Below are positions 48,648 to 57,932 of a DNA stretch of 64,000 nt, one piece after another. The first letter of the stretch is position 1. Each line of letters opens with the position of its first letter. Under the pieces are notes generated by a model that saw only the letters and a list, made by a program, of their open reading frames with translations, did no database searches and was not told where the DNA came from. Source of the stretch: an uncultured Chloroflexia bacterium (GTDB taxonomy: Bacteria > Chloroflexota > Chloroflexia > QHBQ01 > JADMIH01); the NCBI GenBank assembly GCA_963797095.1, contig CAWCNY010000002.1, positions 1-64,000 on the forward strand, written 5' to 3'. The position numbers and the translations under genes are program-made.

Positions 48648-49856
48648 ATGACTCACCAAAGTATTATCAGCTTGGATGACATTCTTGCTCTTGTGGGCAA
48701 GCTAGACGATACGCCCGGCCTAGACGCGCCCAGGGAGCGTTTTCGTAATCACCTACAGAAGATAGTGGAAGTAGGGCAGCTTCGCGACTATGTTGAAACT
48801 TGCTTGAGGGCTTCAGGGGAGCAGTACGCACGCGCTCTCCAAGACTTAGTGAACTATGCAGGCAACTTCTTTGGTTTCCATGTGACCTATGGTAGGTACC
48901 AAGGAATATCTGGCGAACATAACTTTGATGGACGCTGGGAGGCTCCCGGCGGCCTCCATATAGTCATTGAGACCAAAACCACGGAAATCTACCCAATCAA
49001 AACGAGCAAACTTCTAAACTACATCAACGAACTGGTTGCTGCTGGGCAAATCCCCAAACAAGAGGATGCCTTGGGTCTGTATGTGGTAGGCCATCCGGAC
49101 CCTGAGATACAGCAACTAGAAAACGCAATTGTGGTGCAAAAGCCGATTCCGAATTTGCGAATTGTGTCGGCCCTATCCTTGCTGTCGCTGGCTGAGATGC
49201 GACAAGCCTATGGGCTCAATGATGATGACGTGTTAAGCATCCTCCTGCCCTCAGGGCCACGAATTGACCCACTCATAATGCTTATTGACCGCCTGGTGGC
49301 TGAAAGAGAAGCGGAAGCAACGATGGCGAGTGAGCAGAAGGTAATAAGGACAACAGTCGAAAAACTGGGGCTGCCGGAACCTACTTTACAAGCCTCCAAG
49401 TTTGTCATTCCCGATACAGGCACCATCACCTTCTGGATTACCCCGGTTAGAGACGATGAAGGGGAGACTGCAGAACAGACCATTCAGAGGCTGGTGGGCG
49501 AAGAGCATATTTACGCTTTCGGAGAGAAAACGCCCGGTCGTAGGAAGATAAAGTCGGGCGACGTGATTTGTTTCTATGCTGCGGGGCGTGGTGTCATTGC
49601 AGATGCTAGAGTAACATCGCCCCCAATAAAGAGGCCACACCCGCGGGTCAAGCAACCGGACAAGTATCCGTGGGTGTTTCGCATAAAGGATACACACCTC
49701 TATTTGGAAAACCCGGTTGTCATTGACGGGGCACTAAGGAGTCAACTTGACAGGTTCCAAGGGCGCGACCCAAACGGGCCTTGGGCATGGTTTGTTCAGG
49801 CTACACACGATGTTTCACAGCACGATTTTGAACTTCTAACACGACAGAAAGGCTGA
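48648..49856 (+). CDS. PD-(D/E)xK restriction-like nuclease fused to C-terminal EVE/PUA-like domain
   Basis: FDGRW...IVIETKT nuclease core; FWITP...IKSGDVICFY...GVIADARV...YPWVF EVE pattern. Confidence 0.72.
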   Translation: MTHQSIISLDDILALVGKLDDTPGLDAPRERFRNHLQKIVEVGQLRDYVETCLRASGEQYARALQDLVNYAGNFFGFHVTYGRYQGISGEHNFDGRWEAPGGLHIVIETKTTEIYPIKTSKLLNYINELVAAGQIPKQEDALGLYVVGHPDPEIQQLENAIVVQKPIPNLRIVSALSLLSLAEMRQAYGLNDDDVLSILLPSGPRIDPLIMLIDRLVAEREAEATMASEQKVIRTTVEKLGLPEPTLQASKFVIPDTGTITFWITPVRDDEGETAEQTIQRLVGEEHIYAFGEKTPGRRKIKSGDVICFYAAGRGVIADARVTSPPIKRPHPRVKQPDKYPWVFRIKDTHLYLENPVVIDGALRSQLDRFQGRDPNGPWAWFVQATHDVSQHDFELLTRQKG

Positions 49857-49858
49857 TT

Positions 49859-52800
49859 ATGCCGGCGCCACAATCCATCCTTTCCCACATTGAGCGCTTC
49901 GACAATGACCGACAAGCCTACAAATCCGGCGTCTATAATGAGGCGCAGGTTCGGCGCGAGTTCCTGGACCCCTTCTTCAAGGAGCTAGGCTGGGATGTAG
50001 AGAATGAAGGTGGTGCGGCGGTTGCCTACAGAGACGTAATTCATGAAGACACGTTGAAAATCGGTGAGACTACGAAAGCCCCGGACTACTCATTCCGCAT
50101 AGGCGGCACTCGAAAGTTCTTTGTTGAGGCCAAAAAGCCGTCTGTCAACTTGGATACGGACCCTAGACCAGCTTACCAACTGCGGCGCTATGCCTGGTCT
50201 GCAAGCCTACCCCTAAGCATCCTCACCGATTTCGAGGAGTTCCTGGTTTATGATTGTCGAATAAAGCCGGACGCCTACGACGGTGCGCGGGTGGCCCGCG
50301 CCATGTATCTCAAATACACGGAATATGCGGATAAGTGGGACGACATTGCCGCGCTCTTCTCTCGCGAGGCCGTGCTCGCCGGGTCGCTTGACAAATATAC
50401 CGAATTGCTTAAGGCCAAGACAGGCTCGTCCACTGTTGATGCTGATTTCCTAAAGGAGATTTCAGTCTGGCGCGAGATGCTAGCACAAGACTTGGCAGCG
50501 CGGAATCCGCACCTAACTCAACGCGACCTCAATTATGCTGTGCAGATGACTATCGACCGTATTATTTTCCTGCGTATTAGCGAAGACCGGGGCATTGAGC
50601 CATATGGCAGATTGCTGGAAGCACAACAGGGAGAAAGAGTGTATGCGCGGCTGTGTCGGCTCTTCGAAGCTGCCGACGACCGCTACAATTCGGGCCTGTT
50701 CCACTTCCGCGACGAGAAGGGCCACAACGAGCCGCACGATGAGCTAACCCCGGCACTGACTATACACGACGACACACTCCGGCGTATCATCACCCGCCTT
50801 TACTACCCCGATTCGCCCTATGCCTTTTCAGTCATGCCGATTGAAATTCTGGGGCAGGTTTACGAGCAGTTCCTGGGCAAGGTTATTCGCCTGGACGAAT
50901 CTCGTAATGTTGAGGTTGAGGAGAAGCCAGAAGTACGCAAGGCGGGCGGCATCTACTATACGCCCACATACATCGTGGATTACATCGTAAAACAAACTGT
51001 CGGCAAACTCCTGGAAGGCAAGACGCCGAAGCAAGCCGTCGACTTTCGTATTGTGGACCCCGCGTGCGGCTCCGGTTCATTTCTCATCGGCGCATACCAA
51101 TACCTTCTCAACTGGCATCGCGACTGGTATGTGGCTGACGGCACACAGAAGCACAAGAAGGAGCTTTATGAGGCTTCAGGAGGCGAGTGGCGACTAACTA
51201 CGAATGAGCGCAAAAGGATACTACTAAATAACATTTATGGCGTGGATATCGACCCCCAGGCGGTAGAGGTCACAAAGCTCTCACTCCTGCTTAGAGTGCT
51301 TGAGGGAGAAACCGGACAAACCTTGGCAACGCAGCTGCGGATGTTCTACGAGCGGGCGCTGCCGGACCTGAGCAGCAATATTAAGTGCGGTAATTCCTTA
51401 ATAGGTTATGATTTCTACAGCGCGACACAGGCCAGCTTTCTGTCGCCGGAGGAACACAGCCGCATCAACGTGTTCAACTGGCACGAGGCTTTTCCCCAGG
51501 TGTTCAAGCGCGACAGCTCTGGATTTGATGCTGTGATTGGCAACCCGCCGTACATTCGTATCCAGACTATGCAGGAGTGGGCTCCCGTAGAAGTCGCACA
51601 CTACAAGCGACGATATGTTTCGGCCAGCAAAGGCAACTACGACGTGTATGTTGTGTTTGTGGAGAAGGGACTTTACCTGCTCAATAAGGGCGGACAACTT
51701 GGCTTCATCCTGCCCCACAAGTTTTTCAATGCTCAGTATGGCGAGCCGCTGCGCGCCCTGTTGGCACAGGGGCACCACTTAGCTGAAGTGGTGCATTTTG
51801 GCGACCAACAGGTGTTTTCAGGCGCGACGACCTATACCTGCTTGCTCTTCCTTGAAAAACGCGGCTCCTCTGAAGTGCAGATTGCCATGGTTGAGAATCT
51901 GGACCAGTGGCGCAGGAAGTCCCAGGCTGTGTACGGAACGGTTCCAGCAGAAGCTATTGCACCTTCTGACTGGAATTTCTATGTCGGAGAGGGTGCTGAC
52001 TTGTTTGGCAAGCTAAGACAGGTGCCAACAAAACTGGGTGCTATCGCGGAACGCATTTCGCAGGGGATTCGTACAAGCGCCAATGAGGTGTACGTGCTCA
52101 ACATCGTGGACCAAGCGACCGATGTACTAATCGTCCATTCACAGTCGTTGGGTAAGCAGGTGGAGGTCGAGCGGGCCGCGGTGACACCCTTCCTTCAAGG
52201 CCGCGAAATCAAGTCATATAGGGTACTTCCTTCCGGTAAGGTGGTGATTATCCCTTATCACCTGGCGAATGGCCGCGCAAAGCTCGTTCCCGAGGATGAA
52301 ATGAAGACTCGTTTCCCGCTCACTTTGGCCTATCTTGTTGCAAATAGGGCATACCTAGAGGAACGGGAACGGGGCAGGATGCATGGCTCGTCCTGGTATG
52401 CCTTCGTCTATCCAAAAAACATCGAATTGATGAAGTCGGCCAAGATTCTTGTGCCGGACATTGCCGATAGAGCAGCATTTGCACTAGATGAAGCCGGCGA
52501 ATACGCCTTCACAAGCGGTTATGGCATTACATTGAGACCTGATGTTAGCTTGTCGCCCAACTATGTTTTGGGCCTACTGAACAGCAAAGTCCTGGACTTC
52601 TACCTAAAGCGTGTCAGCACGACTATGCGCGGCGGCTTTTTCCGATACTTCACACAGTACGTTGAGCAATTGCCGATGCGTGCTATCAATTTCGCTGACC
52701 AGGCCGACAAAGCCCGACACGACCACATGGTATCACTTGTAGCACGGATGGTAGACTTTTACAGACAATCAGCCGTTGCCAAGACACCGCACGACAAGAC

Positions 52801-52909
52801 TGCAATCCAGCGCCAGATAGACGCCGCCGACGGGCAGATAAACTCCCTTGTGTACGAGCTTTATGGGCTGACAGATGAGGAAATCCGAATTGTTGAGTCG
52901 GATAAATAG
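49859..52909 (+). CDS. Type IIG restriction-modification fusion (Eco57I-like, N6-adenine MTase, TaqI-C TRD)
   Basis: PDY...VEAKK, GIYYTP, DPACGSGSFL, IGNPPY, LGLLNS. Confidence 0.93.
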   Translation: MPAPQSILSHIERFDNDRQAYKSGVYNEAQVRREFLDPFFKELGWDVENEGGAAVAYRDVIHEDTLKIGETTKAPDYSFRIGGTRKFFVEAKKPSVNLDTDPRPAYQLRRYAWSASLPLSILTDFEEFLVYDCRIKPDAYDGARVARAMYLKYTEYADKWDDIAALFSREAVLAGSLDKYTELLKAKTGSSTVDADFLKEISVWREMLAQDLAARNPHLTQRDLNYAVQMTIDRIIFLRISEDRGIEPYGRLLEAQQGERVYARLCRLFEAADDRYNSGLFHFRDEKGHNEPHDELTPALTIHDDTLRRIITRLYYPDSPYAFSVMPIEILGQVYEQFLGKVIRLDESRNVEVEEKPEVRKAGGIYYTPTYIVDYIVKQTVGKLLEGKTPKQAVDFRIVDPACGSGSFLIGAYQYLLNWHRDWYVADGTQKHKKELYEASGGEWRLTTNERKRILLNNIYGVDIDPQAVEVTKLSLLLRVLEGETGQTLATQLRMFYERALPDLSSNIKCGNSLIGYDFYSATQASFLSPEEHSRINVFNWHEAFPQVFKRDSSGFDAVIGNPPYIRIQTMQEWAPVEVAHYKRRYVSASKGNYDVYVVFVEKGLYLLNKGGQLGFILPHKFFNAQYGEPLRALLAQGHHLAEVVHFGDQQVFSGATTYTCLLFLEKRGSSEVQIAMVENLDQWRRKSQAVYGTVPAEAIAPSDWNFYVGEGADLFGKLRQVPTKLGAIAERISQGIRTSANEVYVLNIVDQATDVLIVHSQSLGKQVEVERAAVTPFLQGREIKSYRVLPSGKVVIIPYHLANGRAKLVPEDEMKTRFPLTLAYLVANRAYLEERERGRMHGSSWYAFVYPKNIELMKSAKILVPDIADRAAFALDEAGEYAFTSGYGITLRPDVSLSPNYVLGLLNSKVLDFYLKRVSTTMRGGFFRYFTQYVEQLPMRAINFADQADKARHDHMVSLVARMVDFYRQSAVAKTPHDKTAIQRQIDAADGQINSLVYELYGLTDEEIRIVESDK

Positions 52910-53201
52910 CCGGGGGTCAGAGACCAAGACCATCAACACCAGAACGAAAGCCCAAGAGAATCAAACGCAGCCTATATAGCTCTATGGTATGAGGTGTTGT
53001 GAGTTCACGACGTGGAACATTGCCTCAATGTCATTGTCAGCGCCCGCCTCCTTGAATAAGGCAATTGCCTCATCCGGCGTGCATAGGCCGTATTCTCGAA
53101 AGAAGGCGGTCGTAAAGTGCCAATCAGAAGGGCCAGATTTTTCGCCGTATTTCGTCTTGCGCCCCACAACATCGGCGAAAGCAACAAGGTCGCATAGCTC
53201 A

Positions 53202-53558
53202 CTAAGCCGCTTTAGCGCAGGATGAAGAACGCGGGGCGTTTTTGTAGGTATAGGCACGCTGCTTGTGTCGGCTCCAGGTCTTGTGTCGTTTCTTATGGCA
53301 TTTTGTACAAAGAGTACGAAGGTTGTCAAGCTCATTGTTGCCTCCCAAGCACAACGGGATAAGATGGTGGACCTCAAGGCGGCAGTTGCGCTTCTTGCAA
53401 TCCCTGCAAGTGAAGTGGTCGCGCAGGAGTGCCAAGCGGCGGATGGCGCGCCAATTGCGGCCTCGTGCAGCACGCCTACACTTGTCGGAGCAATATGCGT
53501 GAATATGGCTCTTCGGTGAGAAATCGGTTCCGCAACTTCGACATTTCTTGGTATTCAT
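53202..53558 (-). CDS. HNH endonuclease with N-terminal Zn ribbon
   Basis: CRSC, YCSDKC, RDHFTCRDC, EVHH...GGNNELDNLRTLCTKCH. Confidence 0.9.
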   Translation of the reverse strand: MNTKKCRSCGTDFSPKSHIHAYCSDKCRRAARGRNWRAIRRLALLRDHFTCRDCKKRNCRLEVHHLIPLCLGGNNELDNLRTLCTKCHKKRHKTWSRHKQRAYTYKNAPRSSSCAKAA

Positions 53559-53584
53559 CGTGCCGCCTCCTCATTTGTACCTGT

Positions 53585-53613
53585 ATTATACCAGTACAAA
53601 ACGTACTTGTCAA
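53585..53613 (-). promoter_or_regulatory. Consensus sigma70 promoter for the HNH gene
   Basis: TTGACA-17bp-TATAAT on minus strand. Confidence 0.85.
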
Positions 53614-53691
53614 GGGGTTTGCGCAATATTGCTCGAAATTGGTCGGTCATAGTTTGGCAGCATGACGAGCAAAGCTAAATGTAAGAGCCTC

Positions 53692-53720
53692 TTGACAATT
53701 TAGTTTCTTACCTGTATAAT
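53692..53720 (+). promoter_or_regulatory. Consensus sigma70 promoter for the RHH-like gene
   Basis: TTGACA-atttagtttcttacctg(17)-TATAAT. Confidence 0.85.
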
Positions 53721-53752
53721 ACCTGCATGATATATTTGAGGAGGCATGACAA

Positions 53753-53953
53753 GTGGTAGAAAAGAACCCCAATAAGGGCGGCAGACCTCGCAAGGACACA
53801 CATGCAAGGCAGTTCCCCCTTTACATCTACATGATGGACGAGGAGAGCCTGCAGCAGGTCAAAGAAGCAGCAGAGCGACAAGGGCTTAGCTTCAGCACCT
53901 GGGCACGGACCGTACTGGTAAGAGAGGCACGGCGCATCTTGAGCGGCGAGTAA
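53753..53953 (+). CDS. Small AT-hook + ribbon-helix-helix-like DNA-binding protein
   Basis: GGRPRK; AAERQGLSFSTWARTVL; GGAGG RBS; paralogue at 59577. Confidence 0.75.
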   Translation: MVEKNPNKGGRPRKDTHARQFPLYIYMMDEESLQQVKEAAERQGLSFSTWARTVLVREARRILSGE

Positions 53954-54120
53954 TTGCCCAAATCGCCCCGCATATTGTAGAGACCCCCCGGTAACTTTCC
54001 ATTTGCCTTTCGGCAATTGTGTGGCCCCCCGGTTCTCTACTTGCCGCTACGCGTGTGACGCGACCCCAAAGCGGCCAACATAAGCACAACACGGAGGGAA
54101 ATGGTTATTAGTGCGGAGAT

Positions 54121-54402
54121 GTGCCCCTGGCGCTTATCCAGTCGTCAAGAGGAGGTAGTTTGTTGGAAACTTTGGAAGCAACGCCTGAAGTATGTGAGTC
54201 GCTCATATTCGATGCGCGTAACCGGCTAATGCTGGCCTATCTAGCTCGTGAAGATGGTGTTTCGGGCGCTTACGAGCGCTTGGAGGTCGAGCGTTGGCGG
54301 GTCAACCTGATGGAAAGCGAGATGGGGCGCCCCTGCCTCCCTGTGCTGACTGAGTTACGCGCATCGGGACAGCAGATTTATCTATTGGACCTTGACGATT
54401 GA
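54121..54402 (+). CDS. Hypothetical protein
   Basis: ORF with GGAGG RBS before the internal TTG at 54162. Confidence 0.45.
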   Translation: MPLALIQSSRGGSLLETLEATPEVCESLIFDARNRLMLAYLAREDGVSGAYERLEVERWRVNLMESEMGRPCLPVLTELRASGQQIYLLDLDD

Positions 54403-54987
54403 GCGCAGCGCCCCGCAGACCTGTGCGATAATGGGCACCGGGTCGGGGTAGCCATACTTACGCCGGGCGATTATGCAGTTATCGGGGAGCGTGTCAAGAG
54501 CAAATACCCTGAAAGATGATTGCTCCCCCCGATTGAAGCGTAGCCGCCCCGGCTCCGTTCCTGAACGCTGAACATAGTCTGCATGCCAGGCAGCGAAAAG
54601 CCTGAGGTCTATTATCGTCCAGGCTACGAGGCCGCTCTCATCAGGCGACTTGAACCCGTAGAACATCACATCACCTTCGCCATCAAGTATCTTGCCAAGC
54701 TCTGTTCGCCTTCCGCTTGGCACACTGGCGCGCAGAGTGATTTCACCTACATATCTCAGGTAGTCGTAAGCGCGTAGCCTAACTGCGATTCTCCGGTGGG
54801 GAAGGATTGCGTCGGTGTTCTTGTGTCGGTCAATATGAAGGGGCGCGCGTTGGATAGTGTACCGCCCGACAAGCGCGCCGATTTCCGGAAGTAGCATGTC
54901 GTCGCGAGACTGCTCAACGCGGCGGTCAACGTCGGCAACTTGATACAGTAACTGTCTTTGGAGCGTGGGTAATTCGGTGTCAATCAT
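54382..54987 (-). CDS. Hypothetical phage/island protein, possible PD-(D/E)xK fold
   Basis: TD...IAVRLR...EITLR...TELGKILDGEGDVMFYGF. Confidence 0.6.
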   Translation of the reverse strand: MIDTELPTLQRQLLYQVADVDRRVEQSRDDMLLPEIGALVGRYTIQRAPLHIDRHKNTDAILPHRRIAVRLRAYDYLRYVGEITLRASVPSGRRTELGKILDGEGDVMFYGFKSPDESGLVAWTIIDLRLFAAWHADYVQRSGTEPGRLRFNRGEQSSFRVFALDTLPDNCIIARRKYGYPDPVPIIAQVCGALRSIVKVQ

Positions 54988-55103
54988 ACTTAGTTCCTCA
55001 GTTCGATATGTGGGGCATAGTTAAGCCCCTAGTTGTAGTTCTAGGGGCAGCCAGCGAGCGGAATCCATTACTTGCTTCTAGTATTCATTACTTGCTTCCG
55101 CCC

Positions 55104-56618
55104 CTATACTCTATAAGGAGAATCCATCGGGGCATATTGCCTGTAATTACCGGGAAGGAAAAGCTTTGTTCGTCTCCCTCTGCCTGCAGCGACATCAAGC
55201 TGCTTGCCACTCGCATCACGAGCGTAGGCAACTATCCGCTTGAGCAGCAGGTTCTTCATAGCTTCTTGACAACGCTTCTGGGGAAGGGCGCACCAGGCCT
55301 CTAGGAATTGCCAGCTAAGGGGGGCCGGGTCACCATAGGTGTGGAGCCACCGCGCTTGGAAGAGAAGGTTGAGCTTGTCATAGACTATGCGGGTGTCTGC
55401 CTCGTCCAGCTCGTATGGCAGGGCTGGAAGTTGGACGCGAGCCGGTTGCACATACCCTGTCTCGACCATGAGGCGCAGATGCCATGTGACGGACCCTGAT
55501 TTGCTGGGACGCACCTCCTCAGGTGAGCGTGGGCGACGCAATGCAAGGGCATACGCGACTTCCGACATGAGAAGCGCCGGGCTTGCATCTGGCCGCACAT
55601 GGAAGTCTCTATAGACATAGACGCCATTCTGGCCGGGATAGATGCTTGCGGATGGACCATTCTCCTCGTGGCCCGGCAAGACACAAAGGAACGTCTTTCC
55701 GAAGGGCACATCAGGGATACCCATAAGCCTACATGCCGCCCGGATGAAGTCCTGGTCGCGGCTAGCATCTGTGAGGTACTCACCAACTAGGCCCCCCTCA
55801 GTTCGGGCGCACTCTGCTATGCGCTGTAGCGCAGCCTTGCGCTCCTGGAGCAAGTTGGGCATGATGAGGCTCTTCTGTGACTGCCTCCTGTTGGCATCGC
55901 TGCGGCCTGTGCTTGGCACTCTTGACCTACCTTCGGCCTGCATCAGCTTCTCAGCGAGCCAGTCGGGTAGACAAAGGGGCGGGCGCTCGTGAGGCCCGAA
56001 ACTTGCAAGCCAGGTGTACCGCCTGCCGGACTGGTGAAGGGAAGGCGGCAGTACCAGATAGCCGCCAACGCCGCGCACATCTACTCCGGGAGCCACTTTG
56101 CCGTTTGAAGCGCTAATGTATCGCCCCCCAGTCGAGAAGAAGAGATGCTCACCCCAACCTTCGCGACCGCTGCGGGCCTTTACGGTCTCTGTGAAGGCCG
56201 GGCCATGCTTCGCTATCCAGTCGTTCAAGGCCTCTATGCCTTCTTCTCCGTCCAGGTCTATTGCGACAAGATTAGCCCTTGCAGGTACGCACCCGATGCC
56301 GGCGTGCGCCCATCGCGTCCACCATTTGCTTATGACTTCACGGTTTGTGGAGGCATTTTTCAGGTAGTCTTTGATAAGGGGCTTTTTGTTGACGCTGTCC
56401 ACCGGGAATACTGGTATTCCGGCTTGGGCGTATGCGAGTGCCCACTCTAGCATATCAGGTGATTCGGTCTGGGTAGGGAGATAAGGAATTGGCTTCGTCT
56501 GCGTTATATTGGGTGCCGCCCCTGTCTTCACCGGAGCATAAGGGCGAACTCTTGGGCGGGTTGGTCGTGTAGTAATTGCGAGTGTCATTTGGCCCCCTAT
56601 TGTGGGCAGGTGCTCCAA
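55104..56618 (-). CDS. Bifunctional DNA primase/polymerase (Prim-Pol) replication protein
   Basis: ALAYA..GIPVFP, KKP, LVAIDLD, GEHLFF, VDVRG.GGYLVLPPS.H.SG.RY.W. Confidence 0.88.
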   Translation of the reverse strand: MEHLPTIGGQMTLAITTRPTRPRVRPYAPVKTGAAPNITQTKPIPYLPTQTESPDMLEWALAYAQAGIPVFPVDSVNKKPLIKDYLKNASTNREVISKWWTRWAHAGIGCVPARANLVAIDLDGEEGIEALNDWIAKHGPAFTETVKARSGREGWGEHLFFSTGGRYISASNGKVAPGVDVRGVGGYLVLPPSLHQSGRRYTWLASFGPHERPPLCLPDWLAEKLMQAEGRSRVPSTGRSDANRRQSQKSLIMPNLLQERKAALQRIAECARTEGGLVGEYLTDASRDQDFIRAACRLMGIPDVPFGKTFLCVLPGHEENGPSASIYPGQNGVYVYRDFHVRPDASPALLMSEVAYALALRRPRSPEEVRPSKSGSVTWHLRLMVETGYVQPARVQLPALPYELDEADTRIVYDKLNLLFQARWLHTYGDPAPLSWQFLEAWCALPQKRCQEAMKNLLLKRIVAYARDASGKQLDVAAGRGRRTKLFLPGNYRQYAPMDSPYRV

Positions 56619-56669
56619 ACGCGCCTGCCCTTCAGTGCTTTAAATCTGCAGTACGGCGAACTTTTCGCT

Positions 56670-56879
56670 TTAGCGCTTGTGGTCGATATAGGCTTCAGCA
56701 GCTTTCGCGGCTTCGGTGGGGTCGTTGAAAACCCCTGGAATAGCGCGACGCCCCGCCCCATAGATAGGGGTTATGCTTGCGCGGTATCGATACAGACGAC
56801 CTGCGGCCCTGCGAACTTCGATGGTGTAGTCCTTATACTGATATGCGTCTACCAGATTTACCCTTGTTCCAGCTTTCAC
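56670..56879 (-). CDS. Small hypothetical protein
   Basis: GTGA overlap with upstream ORF, GGAGGT RBS. Confidence 0.6.
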   Translation of the reverse strand: MKAGTRVNLVDAYQYKDYTIEVRRAAGRLYRYRASITPIYGAGRRAIPGVFNDPTEAAKAAEAYIDHKR

Positions 56880-57079
56880 TTTGTATCACCTCCCTGGCTC
56901 TGAGTTGTTGCCCATTCTTGGGCTAAGGCGTATAAGAGGCGGCTAATGCAGCCGCGCTCTGTGATTCTTCCCGGTCCGCGTTTGTGGAGAAGTCCTCGTG
57001 CTCTGGCCATAGAGCGAAGGAGTTCTTCCGTCCGGGGTGTAACGGTAAGTAACAACTGCTTTTCCTTAGTCTGCTTCAC
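56876..57079 (-). CDS. Small basic hypothetical protein (possible RHH regulator or excisionase)
   Basis: AGGAGG RBS; first gene of the replication operon. Confidence 0.55.
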   Translation of the reverse strand: MKQTKEKQLLLTVTPRTEELLRSMARARGLLHKRGPGRITERGCISRLLYALAQEWATTQSQGGDTK

Positions 57080-57096
57080 TGCGTCCTCCTAATTCT

Positions 57097-57193
57097 GTAA
57101 CTGGATACCTATATTTATCCCCTCTACTTAATCAAGCAGGTTCGTATTCGTAACTGGATACCTATGTTTCCCCCTTCTACTTAATCAAGCAGG
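57097..57193. repeat. Two 44-bp imperfect direct repeats, period 53
   Basis: gtaactggatacctat...tctacttaatcaagcagg at 57097-57140 and 57150-57193. Confidence 0.9.
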
Positions 57194-57233
57194 CAGGTTT
57201 CTTATTCTGAAAGTTATCGGGTAGACTGTACAT

Positions 57234-57665
57234 ATGCTTTCTGCCCGACTTATCTTCGCGCACCCGGAACTATGTCAACCGCTAACCGGGCTATCGCCGG
57301 CTGACTTCCGTGCAACCGCCAAGGGAATCGGAGAGTACTACATAGACGAACGTGAAGCGCGGCTCAGTAGCCGCCCTCGCATCCGGGAAATTGGAGGCGG
57401 CTCGAAGCCGCTCTTGCCAGCAGACGTCATATTGCTGGGCATGATATGGCTACGCTGCCGCCCCACACAAAAGGCATTAGCGGCGCTATTTGGCAGAAGC
57501 GTGCCAACAGTTGGTCGTTACAAGCAGCTAGTAGAGCCAATACTGCTAGAAACGCCTTATGCCTTCCTTGCCACCCCAGACCCCGGACGGAAGCGCAGGC
57601 GCGATTTGGGTGAGTTGCGGGCGGACATTCCGGAGCTAGATAAGTTGTGGCGTCAGTGCCGCTAG
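57234..57665 (+). CDS. IS5/ISL2-like transposase HTH domain (HTH_Tnp_4) without DDE domain
   Basis: LTGLS..DF, R.REIGGG.KP, MIWLR..PTQ.ALAALFG.S..TV.R. Confidence 0.7.
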   Translation: MLSARLIFAHPELCQPLTGLSPADFRATAKGIGEYYIDEREARLSSRPRIREIGGGSKPLLPADVILLGMIWLRCRPTQKALAALFGRSVPTVGRYKQLVEPILLETPYAFLATPDPGRKRRRDLGELRADIPELDKLWRQCR

Positions 57666-57932
57666 TTCCTGCAACTTCATGCAAGATTTCCTGCAAGAAT
57701 TGCCTTTCGAATGAAGTCGGTTGAGGCCTGTTTTGAGCACGCTACCCATTCCCGTTGCGCTTGTCGCGCTGTATTTGTACGGGCTACGCGCCGCCCTGAT
57801 ACACGCACAGGCGATAGTGGGTAAGGCAATTGTTGGCGCTGCCTTACGCTCTCGCTTGCCCACAAATGAAAAGGGCCGCCCCTATAGGGCGGTTCTCGAT
57901 GGTTAACGTGCTTGCAGGGTCGGGGAGCCAAG

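Noticed and set aside
52982-53473. 163-aa ORF overlapping the HNH gene
   Set aside because: Mostly overlaps HNH in another frame with no recognisable motif; only the last ~70 codons could be a small gene
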